Below are positions 41,841 through 54,629 of a DNA stretch of 64,000 nt, piece after piece. Below the pieces are notes generated by a model. The model was not told the DNA's origin. It made no database searches and saw only the letters and a list, made by a program, of their open reading frames with translations. Within the stretch, counting starts at the first letter, position 1, and each line of letters opens with the position of its first letter. The DNA is taken from the NCBI GenBank assembly GCA_963816395.1, contig CAWFKQ010000010.1, positions 128,001-192,000 of the forward strand, read 5' to 3'. Position numbers and translations under genes: made by a program. Origin of the DNA: an uncultured delta proteobacterium. GTDB lineage: Bacteria; Desulfobacterota; Desulfuromonadia; Desulfuromonadales; JACZKF01.

Positions 41841-42212
41841 ATGCCCGCGCCAGATACCGCTTCTGACTCCAACTCTTTCCACAAGTTGCCAATGCTGCCG
41901 GTGCTGTTGATCCTGCTCCTGCTCGGCGTCGCCATTTTTGGTCATCGAGGGCTTCTGCGCGCCTTGCAGTTCAGCCGGCAAAAAGCCTCTCTCGAGACAC
42001 AGGTAAGAGATCTGGAGAAAACAAATGCCGAACTGCGCCGGGAAATTGAGGCGCTGCGTTCGGATCGCCGGACCATCGAGGGGATTGCCCGTCGGGAGTT
42101 GGGGATGGTCAAGGAGGATGAAATCGTCTATCAGTTCCGGTCGGTGCCGAAAGAGAGGGGCGCACCGGGGGAGGGCAAAACCGGGATGGTCTCAGGAACG
42201 GAAGGAGAATGA
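41841..42212 (+). CDS. Septum formation initiator (FtsB/DivIC family)
   Basis: One TM segment, coiled coil, [19 protein letters not shown]. Confidence 0.85.
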   Translation: MPAPDTASDSNSFHKLPMLPVLLILLLLGVAIFGHRGLLRALQFSRQKASLETQVRDLEKTNAELRREIEALRSDRRTIEGIARRELGMVKEDEIVYQFRSVPKERGAPGEGKTGMVSGTEGE

Positions 42213-42421
42213 GGGTGCAGACGAAAGTCGGGAGGATCAAATGGTTCAATAATATAAAAGGCTACGGGTTTATCGCCCAGGATGAAGGTGAGGACGTTTT
42301 TGTCCATTTCTCCGCTATTCGGATGGAAGGCTACAAAACCCTCAACGAAGGGGCGGAAGTCACGTATGAAGTCGCCCACGGCCCGAAAGGGCTGCAGGCG
42401 GTGAATGTCTATCCTAAATGA
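42209..42421 (+). CDS. Cold-shock domain protein
   Basis: [29 protein letters not shown]; the start could be GTG 42215. Confidence 0.95.
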   Translation: MRVQTKVGRIKWFNNIKGYGFIAQDEGEDVFVHFSAIRMEGYKTLNEGAEVTYEVAHGPKGLQAVNVYPK

Positions 42422-42447
42422 TATAAATACTCCGGAAATTACCCTGC

Positions 42448-42474
42448 GCCCCGGCTCCGCCGGGGCTTTATTTT
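42448..42474 (+). terminator. Rho-independent terminator
   Basis: GCCCCGGC-TCC-GCCGGGGC-TTTATTTT. Confidence 0.75.
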
Positions 42475-42499
42475 CAGCCGGTTGATCTCCTGGCCTTTC

Positions 42500-42529
42500 T
42501 TGACAGCGGCGAAGCAGAGAGGATAACAT
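42500..42529 (+). promoter_or_regulatory. Putative sigma70 promoter for argS
   Basis: TTGACA (42500-42505), 18 bp spacer, TAACAT. Confidence 0.5.
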
Positions 42530-42716
42530 ACGCTCTCAGCCGCTGGCCTGGGAGTTTATCGACATCTTATGCCGCCTCTAGCTATCACTGTGCGTCTGGT
42601 GCGGCAACTGGCATCATGAGATTATTTCGCCTGCATTTACCCATTTCATCGAAACTTCGCTGCTGCGCCGGGAAATCGGCCGGCGCGGATTACTCACCGA
42701 GGAAGACTGTATTCTG

Positions 42717-44382
42717 ATGAAGGAAAAACTGCGACAGCACCTGAGTGATGCCCTTCAGGCCTGTTACCGGGAGGGCTTGCTGGTTTCAGGCCATTGCCCC
42801 GAGATTATCCTGGAAATTCCTGCTAATGCCAGCCACGGCGATTTCGCCACCAATCTGGCGATGACTCTGGCCCGTGTGGAGAAGAAGCCGCCGCGGCAAA
42901 TTGCCGAGATCCTGGTTCGGACTCTGGGTAATGCTGGCGGCCTCTGCCGGCAGGTGGAGATCGCCGGCCCCGGTTTCATCAATTTTTTTATCAGCAGCCA
43001 ATGCTGGTACGAGGTTTTGGACGAAATTGTCCAGCAGGGGGAAGATTACGGGAAAAGCCAATTGGGCGCCGGTCGCGAAATACAGGTGGAATTCGTCAGC
43101 GCCAACCCTACCGGTCCTTTGCATATCGGCCACGGCCGCGGGGCGGCCATCGGCGATGCCGTTGCCACGGTGCTGGCGGCGGCCGGCTACCGGGTGCAGC
43201 GCGAATACTACATCAACGATGCCGGTAACCAGGTGGCCCTGCTCGGCCGTTCCGTCTGGTTGCGGCTTCGGGAACTGCTCGGCCAATCGGTGGTCTTTCC
43301 CGAAGACGGTTATCAGGGGGATTATGTGCGGGAGATCGCCCGCGATCTGCTTCGGGAGCACGGAGAAGGGATTGCCGGCCAGGCTGAAGCTGAGGCGGTT
43401 TCCTTCTGTAGTGATTTTGGCGTGAAGGCGATGCTCCGATGGATCGACGGCGACCTGCGCGAGTTCGGCGTCCGTTTTGACAACTGGTACAGCGAACGTA
43501 CCCTGTACGAGCGCGACCTGGTGAACAAGGAATTGGGAAAGCTGCGGGAGCGCGGGCTCACTTTCGAGAAAGAGGGTGCGCTGTGGTTTCGCACCACCGA
43601 TTTCGGCGACGACAAGGATCGGGTGCTGCTGCGCTCCGACGGCAGTCCCACCTACTTCGCTTCGGACGTCGCCTACCATATGGAGAAATTCGAGCGAGGC
43701 TTCGACGTGGTGGTCGACGTCTGGGGTGCCGACCACCACGGTTACGTGCCGCGGATGAAGGCCGTGCTGGCAGGTCTCGGGCACGCCCCCGACGACCTGC
43801 AGGTAATATTGATCCAGATGGTCAGCCTCTTGCGCGAAGGGCAGCCGGTCTCCATGGGGAAGCGGTCAGGAGAATTCGTCACCCTGCGCGAGGTGATCGA
43901 TGAGGTTGGGCGGGACGCCTGCCGTTTTTTCTTTCTCATGCGACGCTCCGACAGCCAACTCGATTTCGATCTGGAGTTGGCCAAAAAACAGAGCAATGAA
44001 AATCCGGTATATTATGTCCAGTATGCGCACGCCCGGATCTGCAGCATTCACCGCAATGCCGCCGATGCCGGCGATGGTTTTGCCGGCTGTCGGCGAGGTC
44101 GACTTCGGTTGCCTGGCCCTGGATGAAGAACTGGCCCTGACCAAATTCCTGGCCCGCTTTCCGGAGACGGTGGAGGGTGCGGCCCGGCTTTTCGAGCCAC
44201 ACCGGATTGCTTCCTATCTGCAGGATTTGGCTGCCCTGTTCCATAGCTACTACAACCGGCAACGGGTGTTGACCGAGGATCTCGCCAGCAGCCGTGCCCG
44301 ACTATATCTGGTGCACGGGGTCCGCACGGTCCTGCGCAATGCTTTGCTGCTGCTGGGGGTTTCGGCCCCTGAGCAGATGTAG
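42717..44382 (+). CDS. argS: Arginyl-tRNA synthetase (+1 frameshift ~44075)
   Basis: [37 protein letters not shown]-terminus [10 protein letters not shown] in the shifted frame. Confidence 0.97.
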
Positions 44383-44396
44383 GCAGGAGGCGAATA

Positions 44397-45070
44397 ATGG
44401 CTTCGCAGATCATCAGCCGGACGCAGCGGCGGATGGAAAAGAAACAGGCCCTGGTCCTGCTCGCCCTGGTTCTGGGGGTTTCCCTCGTCAGTTTTACCCT
44501 GGGAGTGATGGTCGGCAAAGGACGCAGCCTGGAAACGCCAGTCCAGTCCTCGGCTGCTCCGGAGCGGTTGCCGGTGGTCGCCAGTGCCGCCTGGCGCCGC
44601 TACAGGTTCCTCGTCGGCTCCTGCGCCAAAGGATGAAAAGCTTACTTTTTTTGACACCCTGCCGAAAGGGGAGCAATCCCCTCTGGGGAGCGGCATTAAC
44701 CTGCCGCCGAAACAAGAATCGTCGGCTGACTCCTGTTCCTCCTGCGCCCGTGCCACTTCCGGCGGCCTTGCCCGCCGCTGACCATCCCGCTGTGCCGGCG
44801 GCCAGGACCGCCCCTGCTGCCGCCGTTGCGCCCCAAGGGGAGTGGCGGGTCCAGGTCGCCTCTTTCAGGGGGGTGGGAGATGCCCGGAAACTCGAGGCGC
44901 GGCTGGTGGAGAAGGGATACGCCGCTTTCACCCGGGAAGCCGAATTGGGGACCAAGGGGAAGTGGTATAGGGTGATGGTCGGCCCCTTTGCCAGCGAAAC
45001 CGCGGTGGCAAGGGCCGCCGACCGCCTGAAGAAAGAAGAGAAACTCTCTGCCCTGATACGCAGGGACTGA
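44397..45070 (+). CDS. SPOR-domain (FtsN/DedD-like) membrane protein (two +1 frameshifts, ~44590 and ~44735)
   Basis: N-terminal TM, LTFFDTLP motif, Pro/Ala linker, VQVASF...WYRVMVGPF; argS-SPOR synteny. Confidence 0.85.
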
Positions 45071-45076
45071 GGCGCC

Positions 45077-46112
45077 ATGCACCCGTTGACTTCCATTCTG
45101 GTTACCGGCGGTGCCGGTTTCATTGGCTCGCATCTCTGCGAAGCCCTGCTGCGGCAAGGGCGACGGGTTGTCGTCCTGGACAATTGCTGCGATTTCTACG
45201 ACCCGGCGATCAAGGCGGCCAATCTGCAGGCGGTCCGCCGCCGCCCGCGAGACGAGGGCTTCCCTAGCCATCCTGCACGGCGATATTCGTCGCCCTGCCG
45301 ATCTGGAGCGGGCCTTTCGCGCCCTCGGCCCGGCAGCAACGGCAGCGGTAGTGCACCTGGCGGCCATGGCCGGAGTGCGCCCCTCGATTGAGCGGCCGCA
45401 GCTGTATTTTGATGTGAATGTCACCGGTACGCTCCATCTGCTGGAAGCCTGCCGCCACTTCGGCGTGCGGCGCCTGGCTTTCGCCTCTTCTTCCTCGGTC
45501 TACGGCAACAGCGCCAAAGTCCCGTTTGCCGAAACCGATCCGGTGGACCAGCCGATCTCTCCCTATGCCGCCAGCAAGAAAGCCGGGGAGAACCTCTGTT
45601 TCAACTATCACCACCTGTATGGCCTTTCCGTCGCCTGCCTGCGCTTCTTTACCGTATATGGCCCCCGGCAGCGCCCCGATCTGGCTATCCACAAGTTTGC
45701 CCGACTGCTCCACGCCGACCAGCCGATCCCTTTCTTTGGTGATGGCACCACCCGCCGCGATTACACCTACGTGAGCGATACCCTGCAAGGGGTTCTCGGT
45801 GCCCTGGATTGGCTGAGCCAGGGTGAATCGCCGGTGTACGAGATTTTCAATCTCGGTGAATCGCGGACTGTTGAACTCTCTACCCTGGTTCGGCTGCTGG
45901 CTGAAACCATGGGCAGAGATCCGATCCTGCAGCGGCTGCCGATGCAGCCGGGGGACGTTCTTTGCACCTATGCCGACATCGCCAAGGCGCAGCGGCTGCT
46001 CGGATATTCGCCGCAGGTCGCCATCGAAGAGGGAATCCCCCGCTTCATTGACTGGTTCCTGGCTCCCCGCGGCGGAGAATTTTCCCTTGACAACCGGCGC
46101 GGATGCCAGTAG
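45077..46112 (+). CDS. NAD-dependent epimerase/dehydratase, UDP-glucuronate 4-epimerase-like (+1 frameshift ~45236)
   Basis: [48 protein letters not shown]. Confidence 0.9.
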
Positions 46113-46115
46113 ATT
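46087..46115 (+). promoter_or_regulatory. sigma70 promoter of the tRNA-Met pair
   Basis: TTGACA, 17 bp spacer, TAGATT, 13 nt before the tRNA. Confidence 0.8.
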
Positions 46116-46128
46116 TCCAATTCCCTGG

Positions 46129-46205
<77 letters not shown>

Positions 46206-46245
46206 GCATTCAGATCTCCCGTCCGGAGATCTTCTTTGATAGTTC

Positions 46246-46322
46246 GGCGGTGTAGCTCAGTTGGTTAGAGCATGCGGCTCATATCCGCAGTGTCCGGAGT
46301 TCAAATCTCTGCACCGCCACCA
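46246..46322 (+). tRNA. tRNA with CAT anticodon, most likely elongator tRNA-Met
   Basis: GGCGGTG acceptor stem, TGCGG-CTCATAT-CCGCA anticodon arm, GTTCAAA T-loop, encoded CCA. Confidence 0.9.
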
Positions 46323-46328
46323 TGCCCG

Positions 46329-46369
46329 GCAAAACCCTCTCCGGCTTCCCGGAGGGGGTTTTGCTTTTT
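46329..46369 (+). terminator. Rho-independent terminator after the tRNAs
   Basis: GCAAAACCCTCTCCGG-CTTC-CCGGAGGGGGTTTTGC-TTTTT. Confidence 0.85.
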
Positions 46370-46395
46370 CCCGGAATGTGGAAGGTACACCTGGC

Positions 46396-47752
46396 ATGCA
46401 GGAAACCGTCCGCCGGATGGTCCTGAGAAATCGCCTGCTGCGGGCAGGAGACCGGGTGCTGATCGCTATTTCCGGCGGCCCCGATTCGGTCTGCCTGCTG
46501 CACCTGCTGCGAGAGCTGGCCCCCGAGCTGCAACTCGATCTGGCGGCCGCCCACCTCGATCATGGTCTGCGGCCCGAGAGCGGTGACGAAGCTGATTTCG
46601 TGAGCAGTTTCTGCGCAAAATACGCAATTCCCCTGACGGTCGGGCGTATCGAAGTGGCCGCCGAGGCGCGCCGCCGCCGATGGGGACTGGAAGAGACCGC
46701 CAGGGAGGTGCGCCGGCAATTTTCTGCGGGAGACGGCAATCACCCGGAAATGCCGCCTGATTGCCCTCGGTCATCATCGCGGCGACCAGGCGGAAACGGT
46801 TCTGCACAGGCTGCTGCGCGGCACCGGCCCTTCCGGTCTGGCCGGTATGCGGCCGGAGGAGGGGCCATTCATCCGTCCCCTGCTGGAAGTGTCGCGGCGG
46901 CAGATCCTCGCCTATCTGGAGAGTCATCGCCTCTCCTGGCTGCAGGATCCGAGCAATAGCGATCCGGCTTTTACTCGCAACCGCTTGCGGCATGACCTGT
47001 TGCCGCGGCTGCAGGCGTTCAATCCACGAATCGAGGAGCATCTGGCCCGTCTCGGCCGACGCCTCGCCCTGGAAGAGGACTTCTGGCAGGTAGAGACGGA
47101 GAAAGCTTTTGCCCCTCTCGCCCGGTTCGACGGGGAAGGTTTATATCTTGATCGCCCGCTCCTGCTCGATCTGCATCCGGCCATGCGCGCCCGGGTGCTG
47201 CGCCGGGCATTGCGCCAGGTGCGGGGGGATTTACGCAGTCTGGCCGCCGTTCACCTGGAGAGTCTGGAGGCCCTGCTGCAGGGGGAACGGCCGCAAGCCG
47301 ATTGCCATCTGCCGGGAGCCTGGGTGGGGCGCCGCTACGATCGGCTGTGGGTGCGGCCGGCGCCGCCGTCCGAGCCAGCTGATAGCCTGCTCAGCGTGGC
47401 CGGGCCCGGGATTTTTCCCCTCCCCGGAGGCGAATTGCGGGTCACCGTGGAACCAGCGGCACTCGGCGAAGGGCCGCTGGCAGTTGAGTTCGATTTCGCC
47501 GGAATCACCTTTCCCCTAATCGTACGCCGGCCCCGTCCCGGAGATCGTTTTCGCCCTGCCGGCCTGGGTGGGCGGAAGAAGCTCAAGGATTTCTTTATCG
47601 ACGCCAAGCTCGATCGCGAGTCGCGGCGCCAGGTACTGGTGGTGGAGGGGGAAGAAATCCTCTGGCTGATCGGCATCCGCCGTTGCGACAAATGGCGGCC
47701 GCCCCTTGGCGGGACGGTTCTGAGGCTTGATTTCCACCTGCCGGAGGCCTGA
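46396..47752 (+). CDS. tilS: tRNA(Ile)-lysidine synthetase (+1 frameshift ~46720)
   Basis: AISGGPDS PP-loop, DHGLR, HHRGDQAET, IRPLL, DPSN..RNRLR, KKLKDFFIDAK. Confidence 0.95.
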
Positions 47753-47760
47753 CAATTCGC

Positions 47761-47789
47761 TTGTGAAATCATGGGGTTTATGATAGATT
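47761..47789 (+). promoter_or_regulatory. Putative promoter upstream of ftsH
   Basis: TTGTGA, 17 bp spacer, TGa-TAGATT. Confidence 0.55.
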
Positions 47790-47863
47790 TCCGGGTGCGC
47801 TTCAGCGCTGCCCGGGTTTTATGAAAAGGCGGCGCTAAGCGTAAAAAGTATTTAGGGGGTACA

Positions 47864-49735
<1,872 letters not shown>

Positions 49736-50618
49736 GTGACGATTCCGGCGCCGCCCGACCCATCTCCGCCCAATTTCCTTGCCGGCCGCAGCTGCCGCTT
49801 GGCTCTCGACCAACCCTTGATCATGGGAGTGCTCAACGTCACTCCCGATTCCTTTTCCGACGGCGGCCGTTACGCCTCCCTTGAGGACGCCCGGCGGCGT
49901 GGGGCGGAACTGGCCGCGGCGGGCGCCGACCTGATCGACATCGGCGGCGAAAGCACCCGTCCCGGGGCGCCGACGGTTTCGACGGCGGAAGAGCTGGATC
50001 GGGTGCTGCCGGTGGTCGAGGCCCTTCGGCGGGAGACGGCCATTCCCCTATCCATCGATACCAGCAAAGCCGCCGTGGCCCGGGCGGCAATGGCGGCCGG
50101 GGCGGAGTTCATCAACGATATCAGCGGTCTGCATTTCGATCCGGAAATGGCGGCGACGGTGGCCGCCGGCGGGGCGGGGCTGTTCCTTATGCATACCCGG
50201 GGGCGCCCTGACCGGATGCAGCAAGACACCCGCTATGAAGACCTGCTGGGGGAGATCCTGGCCTCCCTGCGGGAGGCATTGGCGGTGGCGACCGCCGCCG
50301 GTATCCCGGAGGAGAAGCTGGCGGTCGATCCCTGGGATCGGCTTCGGCAAGGGTGCGGCGGGAAATCTGGAAATCCTGCGACGGCTCGGGGAATTGCATT
50401 GCCTGGGACGGCCGATCCTCCTCGGCACCTCGCGCAAGAGCTTCATCGGACGGGTACTCGACCAGCCCGATCCGGGCCAGCGCCTCTACGGAACCCTGGC
50501 GACTATCGCCCTGGGGGTCGTCCAGGGCGCCCATGTATTCCGGGTGCATGAGGTGCTCCCGGCCAAGGAGACGGCTCGAATGGCGTGGGCCGTTTGCAGC
50601 GGCAACATGCCGCGATAA
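49736..50618 (+). CDS. folP: Dihydropteroate synthase (+1 frameshift ~50330)
   Basis: MGVLNVTPDSFSDGG, GGESTRPG, DP/GIGFGK, GTSRKSFIG, FRVHEV. Confidence 0.95.
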
Positions 50619-50648
50619 GGCTGATTTTCTGCAGATGATGGATAGCCG

Positions 50649-51438
50649 ATGAGTGGGACATTTGAAGCTCTGAAAAATTTCCGCTGGCTTCTCGACCTGC
50701 TTGACATCGGCCTGGTCGCTTTCATCATCTATCGGATCATCCTCCTCATCAAGGGAACCCGAGCCGTGCAGATGCTGCTCGGCCTGGCAGTGATCCTCAT
50801 CATCTACATGGGGTCTCAGGTCGGTGGTCTTTACACCCTGCACTGGATCCTGGATAACTTCCTCTCCTCGATCATCCTGGTGATCGTCGTTCTCTTCCAG
50901 AACGACATCCGGCGCGCCCTCATCCATGTCGGCCGCAACCCGTTCTTCGCCGACCTCTCCTATCGCGAAGAGACCGAAGTTATGGAGGAACTGGTCAAAG
51001 GCCTGCGTCAGCCTGGGGAACAAAAAAATCGGCGCTCTGATCGTCATTGAGCGGGAGACCGGAATCAAGGACTTTCTCGAGGTCGGGGTGGAGATCGACG
51101 CCAAGGTTTCCAGCGATTTAATCACCTCCATCTTTCTCCCCTATTCCCCCATTCACGACGGCGCCCTGGTCATCCAGCAGGGACGACTCAAGCGGGCCGG
51201 CTGTTTCCTTCCTCTCTCGCAGAACCCCGACATCAGCAAGGCTCTTGGAACCCGGCACCGGGCGGCGATCGGCCTGACCGAGCTGGTCGATGCGGTGGCC
51301 ATCGTCGTCTCGGAAGAAACCGGTAAGATTTCCGCGGTGGTCGGCGGCCGTATCACCCGTGATCTCGATTCAACCGCCTTGAAGCGGGTGCTCAAACGCC
51401 TGCTCGAGCCGCGCACCGTGAAAAAGAAGAAAAAATAG
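50649..51438 (+). CDS. cdaA: Membrane diadenylate cyclase CdaA/DacA (+1 frameshift ~51000)
   Basis: Three TM segments, FQNDIRRAL, GALIVIER, catalytic HDGA and GTRHRAA. Confidence 0.93.
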
Positions 51439-51440
51439 GT

Positions 51441-52157
51441 ATGCTTGAGAAATTGACGGAAAACTGGATCCTGAAACTGGTTTCCCTCACCTTCGCCCTC
51501 ATCCTGTGGTTCTTCGTCATGGGGGAACGAAAGCTGGAGGTCGGTTTTCAGGTGCCGCTCGAACTGGAAAACGTCCCGCCGGGTCTGATGGTTGCCAACG
51601 AGGTGCCCAGTCTGATCGACGTGAGGATCAGCGGCCCGCGGACGGTTCTGATGAATCTGCACCCGAACGACATCAGTATCGCCGTCGACCTCAAGGATCT
51701 GCCGCCGGGTCTCACCTCTTTCAAGCGGCTGGAAGAACGCCTCAACATACCGACGGCCCTGAAGGTGACGCGGCTCTCCCCCTCTTTCGTGGATGTGAAA
51801 CTGGAGCGGATCAAGCAGAAGACGGTGCCGGTGCATCCGGTTTTCGCCGGCACGCCGGCCGAGGGATATCAGTTCGGTGCAATCCAGGTTTCCCCCGTCC
51901 TGGTAACGGTTGAAGGGGCGGAGAGCGAGATCAAGGACGTGACCGAAGTGCCCACCGAGCCGATCGAGGTCGAGGGGAGCAAGGAAAGCTTCACACTAAT
52001 GGTTCCCCTCGACTACAAGGGAAAATATTCGGCACTCAAAAACCACCAGACCGCGGAAGTTCGGGTCACCATTGAACCGGTTGCGGCGATTCCGCCCCCG
52101 GCGCCTGCAACCGAACCGGTCACACCATCGCCTCCCAGAGAACAGGCCAATCCATGA
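51441..52157 (+). CDS. cdaR: CdaR/YbbR-family protein
   Basis: [19 protein letters not shown] anchor, beta-rich YbbR-like repeats, located between cdaA and glmM. Confidence 0.88.
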   Translation: MLEKLTENWILKLVSLTFALILWFFVMGERKLEVGFQVPLELENVPPGLMVANEVPSLIDVRISGPRTVLMNLHPNDISIAVDLKDLPPGLTSFKRLEERLNIPTALKVTRLSPSFVDVKLERIKQKTVPVHPVFAGTPAEGYQFGAIQVSPVLVTVEGAESEIKDVTEVPTEPIEVEGSKESFTLMVPLDYKGKYSALKNHQTAEVRVTIEPVAAIPPPAPATEPVTPSPPREQANP

Positions 52158-53518
52158 AGAAGAAACTTTTCGGCACTGACGGCGTACGCGGCGTAGCCAA
52201 CATCCAGCCGATGACCACCGAAATTGCCATGCAGTTGGGGCGTGCCGCCGCCTACGTTTTCCGCAACGGCAGCAAACGCCATCGGGTCGTCATCGGCAAG
52301 GATACCCGCCTCTCCGGCTACATGATCGAAAACGCCCTGGCGGCAGGGATCTGTTCCATGGGGGTGGATGTCCTGCTGGTCGGGCCGCTCCCCACCCCCG
52401 GAATCGCCTTTATCACCGCTTCCATGCGGGCCGACGCAGGTGTGGTTATCTCCGCCTCCCATAATCCCTACCAGGACAACGGCATTAAATTCTTCTCCCG
52501 TGACGGGTTCAAGCTCCCGGACGAGGTGGAGCTGAAAATCGAGGAATTGATTTTCTCGAAAAAGATCGATTCCTTGCGCCCCATCGCCTCGGAAGTGGGA
52601 AAAGCCTTCCGTATCGATGATGCCAAAGGGCGCTACATCGTCTTTCTCAAAAACGCCTTCCCGCGGGACCTTGATCTGCAGGGGCTGCGCATCGTCCTCG
52701 ACTGTGCCCACGGTGCTGCCTACAAGGTCGCTCCGGCGGTCCTCGAGGAACTGGGGGCGGAAGTCATCTCCCTGGGAGTCGCACCCAACGGCACCAACAT
52801 CAATGCTGGTTGCGGTTCCCTGCACCCGGAGGTGATCTCTGAGGCGGTCAAAGAGCATCGGGCTCACCTGGGGATCGCCCTCGACGGCGACGCGGACCGG
52901 GTGATCTTCGTTGACGAGTTCGGCAACGAAGTCGACGGCGACCATATCATGGCCATCTGCGCCACCCGCATGCTGCGGGAGGAACGGCTGTCCCACAAGA
53001 CCCTGGTGACCACGGTTATGAGCAACCTGGGGCTCGACATAGCCATCCGCCAGGCGGGCGGGAAAGTGGTGAAAACCGCCGTCGGCGATCGTTATGTGGT
53101 GGAGGAGATGCTGCGGGGCGGCTACAATCTGGGGGGCGAGCAGTCGGGGCACATGATTTTTCTTGACCATAATACGACCGGCGACGGCATGATTTCCGCA
53201 CTGCAGGTACTGGCAATCATGCAGCGCAGCGGCCGGAGGCTGTCCGAACTGGCCGAGGTAATGATTTCCCTGCCGCAGGTGCTGGTCAATGTCCGGGTCA
53301 ACGAAAAGCGCGACCTGGGGGAAATCCCCGAGGTGCAGAAGATGGTCGTGGCCACCGAAGAGAAGCTGGGGGATGCCGGCCGGGTGCTCATCCGCTATTC
53401 CGGCACCGAGCCGCTGCTGCGGATTATGCTGGAAGGTCAGGACAAATACCAGATCACCGAGATGGCGCAAACCCTCGGTTCCACCATTGAAAGGCACCTG
53501 GGGGGCAGGAAGGAGTAG
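52154..53518 (+). CDS. glmM: Phosphoglucosamine mutase
   Basis: [36 protein letters not shown]. Confidence 0.98.
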   Translation: MKKKLFGTDGVRGVANIQPMTTEIAMQLGRAAAYVFRNGSKRHRVVIGKDTRLSGYMIENALAAGICSMGVDVLLVGPLPTPGIAFITASMRADAGVVISASHNPYQDNGIKFFSRDGFKLPDEVELKIEELIFSKKIDSLRPIASEVGKAFRIDDAKGRYIVFLKNAFPRDLDLQGLRIVLDCAHGAAYKVAPAVLEELGAEVISLGVAPNGTNINAGCGSLHPEVISEAVKEHRAHLGIALDGDADRVIFVDEFGNEVDGDHIMAICATRMLREERLSHKTLVTTVMSNLGLDIAIRQAGGKVVKTAVGDRYVVEEMLRGGYNLGGEQSGHMIFLDHNTTGDGMISALQVLAIMQRSGRRLSELAEVMISLPQVLVNVRVNEKRDLGEIPEVQKMVVATEEKLGDAGRVLIRYSGTEPLLRIMLEGQDKYQITEMAQTLGSTIERHLGGRKE

Positions 53519-53524
53519 GGCGGG

Positions 53525-54244
53525 ATGGCCAGGCTGGGAGTCAATATCGATCACGTTGCCACCGTCCGTCAGGCGCGGGGGACCAGCGAGCCCGATCCGG
53601 TGACGGCGGCGGCCCTGGCTGAACTGGCGGGGGCGGACGGCATCACCGTCCATTTGCGCGAGGATCGGCGGCATATCCAGGACCGGGATGTGGAAATTCT
53701 GCGACGGACGGTGAAGACCCGGCTCAACCTGGAAATGGCGGCCACCGAGGAAATGACCGGCATCGCTCTGAAGATCCATCCCGATTGCGCCACCCTGGTG
53801 CCGGAAAGACGGGAGGAATTGACCACCGAGGGGGGATTGGATGTGCTCCGCCTCCAACGGAACCTGAAGCGGACAGTCGATCTGCTGCGGCAGGGGGAGA
53901 TTCGGGTAAGCCTGTTTGTCGACCCCGATCTGCAGCAGGTTAAGGCCGCCCACCGCCTCGGCGCCGATGCGATTGAGATCCACACTGGTGCCTACTGCGA
54001 TGCCCGTGGCGCCGCTGAGGCCCGGAAGGAACTGGAGAAGATCGAAACCTGCATCCGCGCTGGGCACAAGCTGGGGCTGGGCGTCAACGCCGGGCACGGT
54101 CTCAATTACCGCAATATTTTAGAGGTCGTCGCTTTGGGCGGAATTGAGGAGTTCAACATCGGCCACAGCATCGTCTCCCGGGCGGTGCTGATCGGTCTGG
54201 AGCGCGCCGTTCGGGAGATGGCGGCTCTGGTCCGTGGAGATTGA
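53525..54244 (+). CDS. pdxJ: Pyridoxine 5'-phosphate synthase
   Basis: [32 protein letters not shown]. Confidence 0.98.
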   Translation: MARLGVNIDHVATVRQARGTSEPDPVTAAALAELAGADGITVHLREDRRHIQDRDVEILRRTVKTRLNLEMAATEEMTGIALKIHPDCATLVPERREELTTEGGLDVLRLQRNLKRTVDLLRQGEIRVSLFVDPDLQQVKAAHRLGADAIEIHTGAYCDARGAAEARKELEKIETCIRAGHKLGLGVNAGHGLNYRNILEVVALGGIEEFNIGHSIVSRAVLIGLERAVREMAALVRGD

Positions 54245-54248
54245 GACC

Positions 54249-54629
54249 GTGATTGCCGGGGTGGGGGTTGACCTGGTGCGTGTTGAGCGCTTCCGCCGTT
54301 TTCTGCTGGAGGAGAAGCGCGGAATCCTGGATCGCCTGTTCACTGCCGGCGAACAGGCTTACGCCCTGGCCAAGCGCGACCCGGCACCGCACCTGGGGGC
54401 CCGCTTCGCCGCCAAGGAAGCCTTCCTCAAGGCCCTCGGACTGGGGCTGCGGGAGGGAATCGGCTGGCAGGACGTGGAAATTGTGCGAAACGATCTGGGC
54501 TGCCCCTCTCTGCACCTTACCGGTCGCGCCGCGGAAATCTGCGGTGAGCGGAGGGTGCACACCGCCCACCTCTCCTACAGTCATGACGGCGACTACGCCG
54601 TCGCCACGGTCGTCCTGGAGCAGAGATGA
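54249..54629 (+). CDS. acpS: Holo-[acyl-carrier-protein] synthase
   Basis: GVGVDLV, RFAAKEAFLKALG, HLSYSHD; start codon uncertain. Confidence 0.95.
   Translation: MIAGVGVDLVRVERFRRFLLEEKRGILDRLFTAGEQAYALAKRDPAPHLGARFAAKEAFLKALGLGLREGIGWQDVEIVRNDLGCPSLHLTGRAAEICGERRVHTAHLSYSHDGDYAVATVVLEQR

Noticed and set aside
42558..42640. Cys/His-rich reading (C R L stop L S L C V W C G N W H H) in the argS leader as a leader peptide
   Set aside because: No start codon or RBS in frame, an internal TAG, and no run of Arg codons.
46261..46395. N-terminal extension of TilS in the ORF track
   Set aside because: It overlaps the tRNA and terminator; the real start is ATG 46396.
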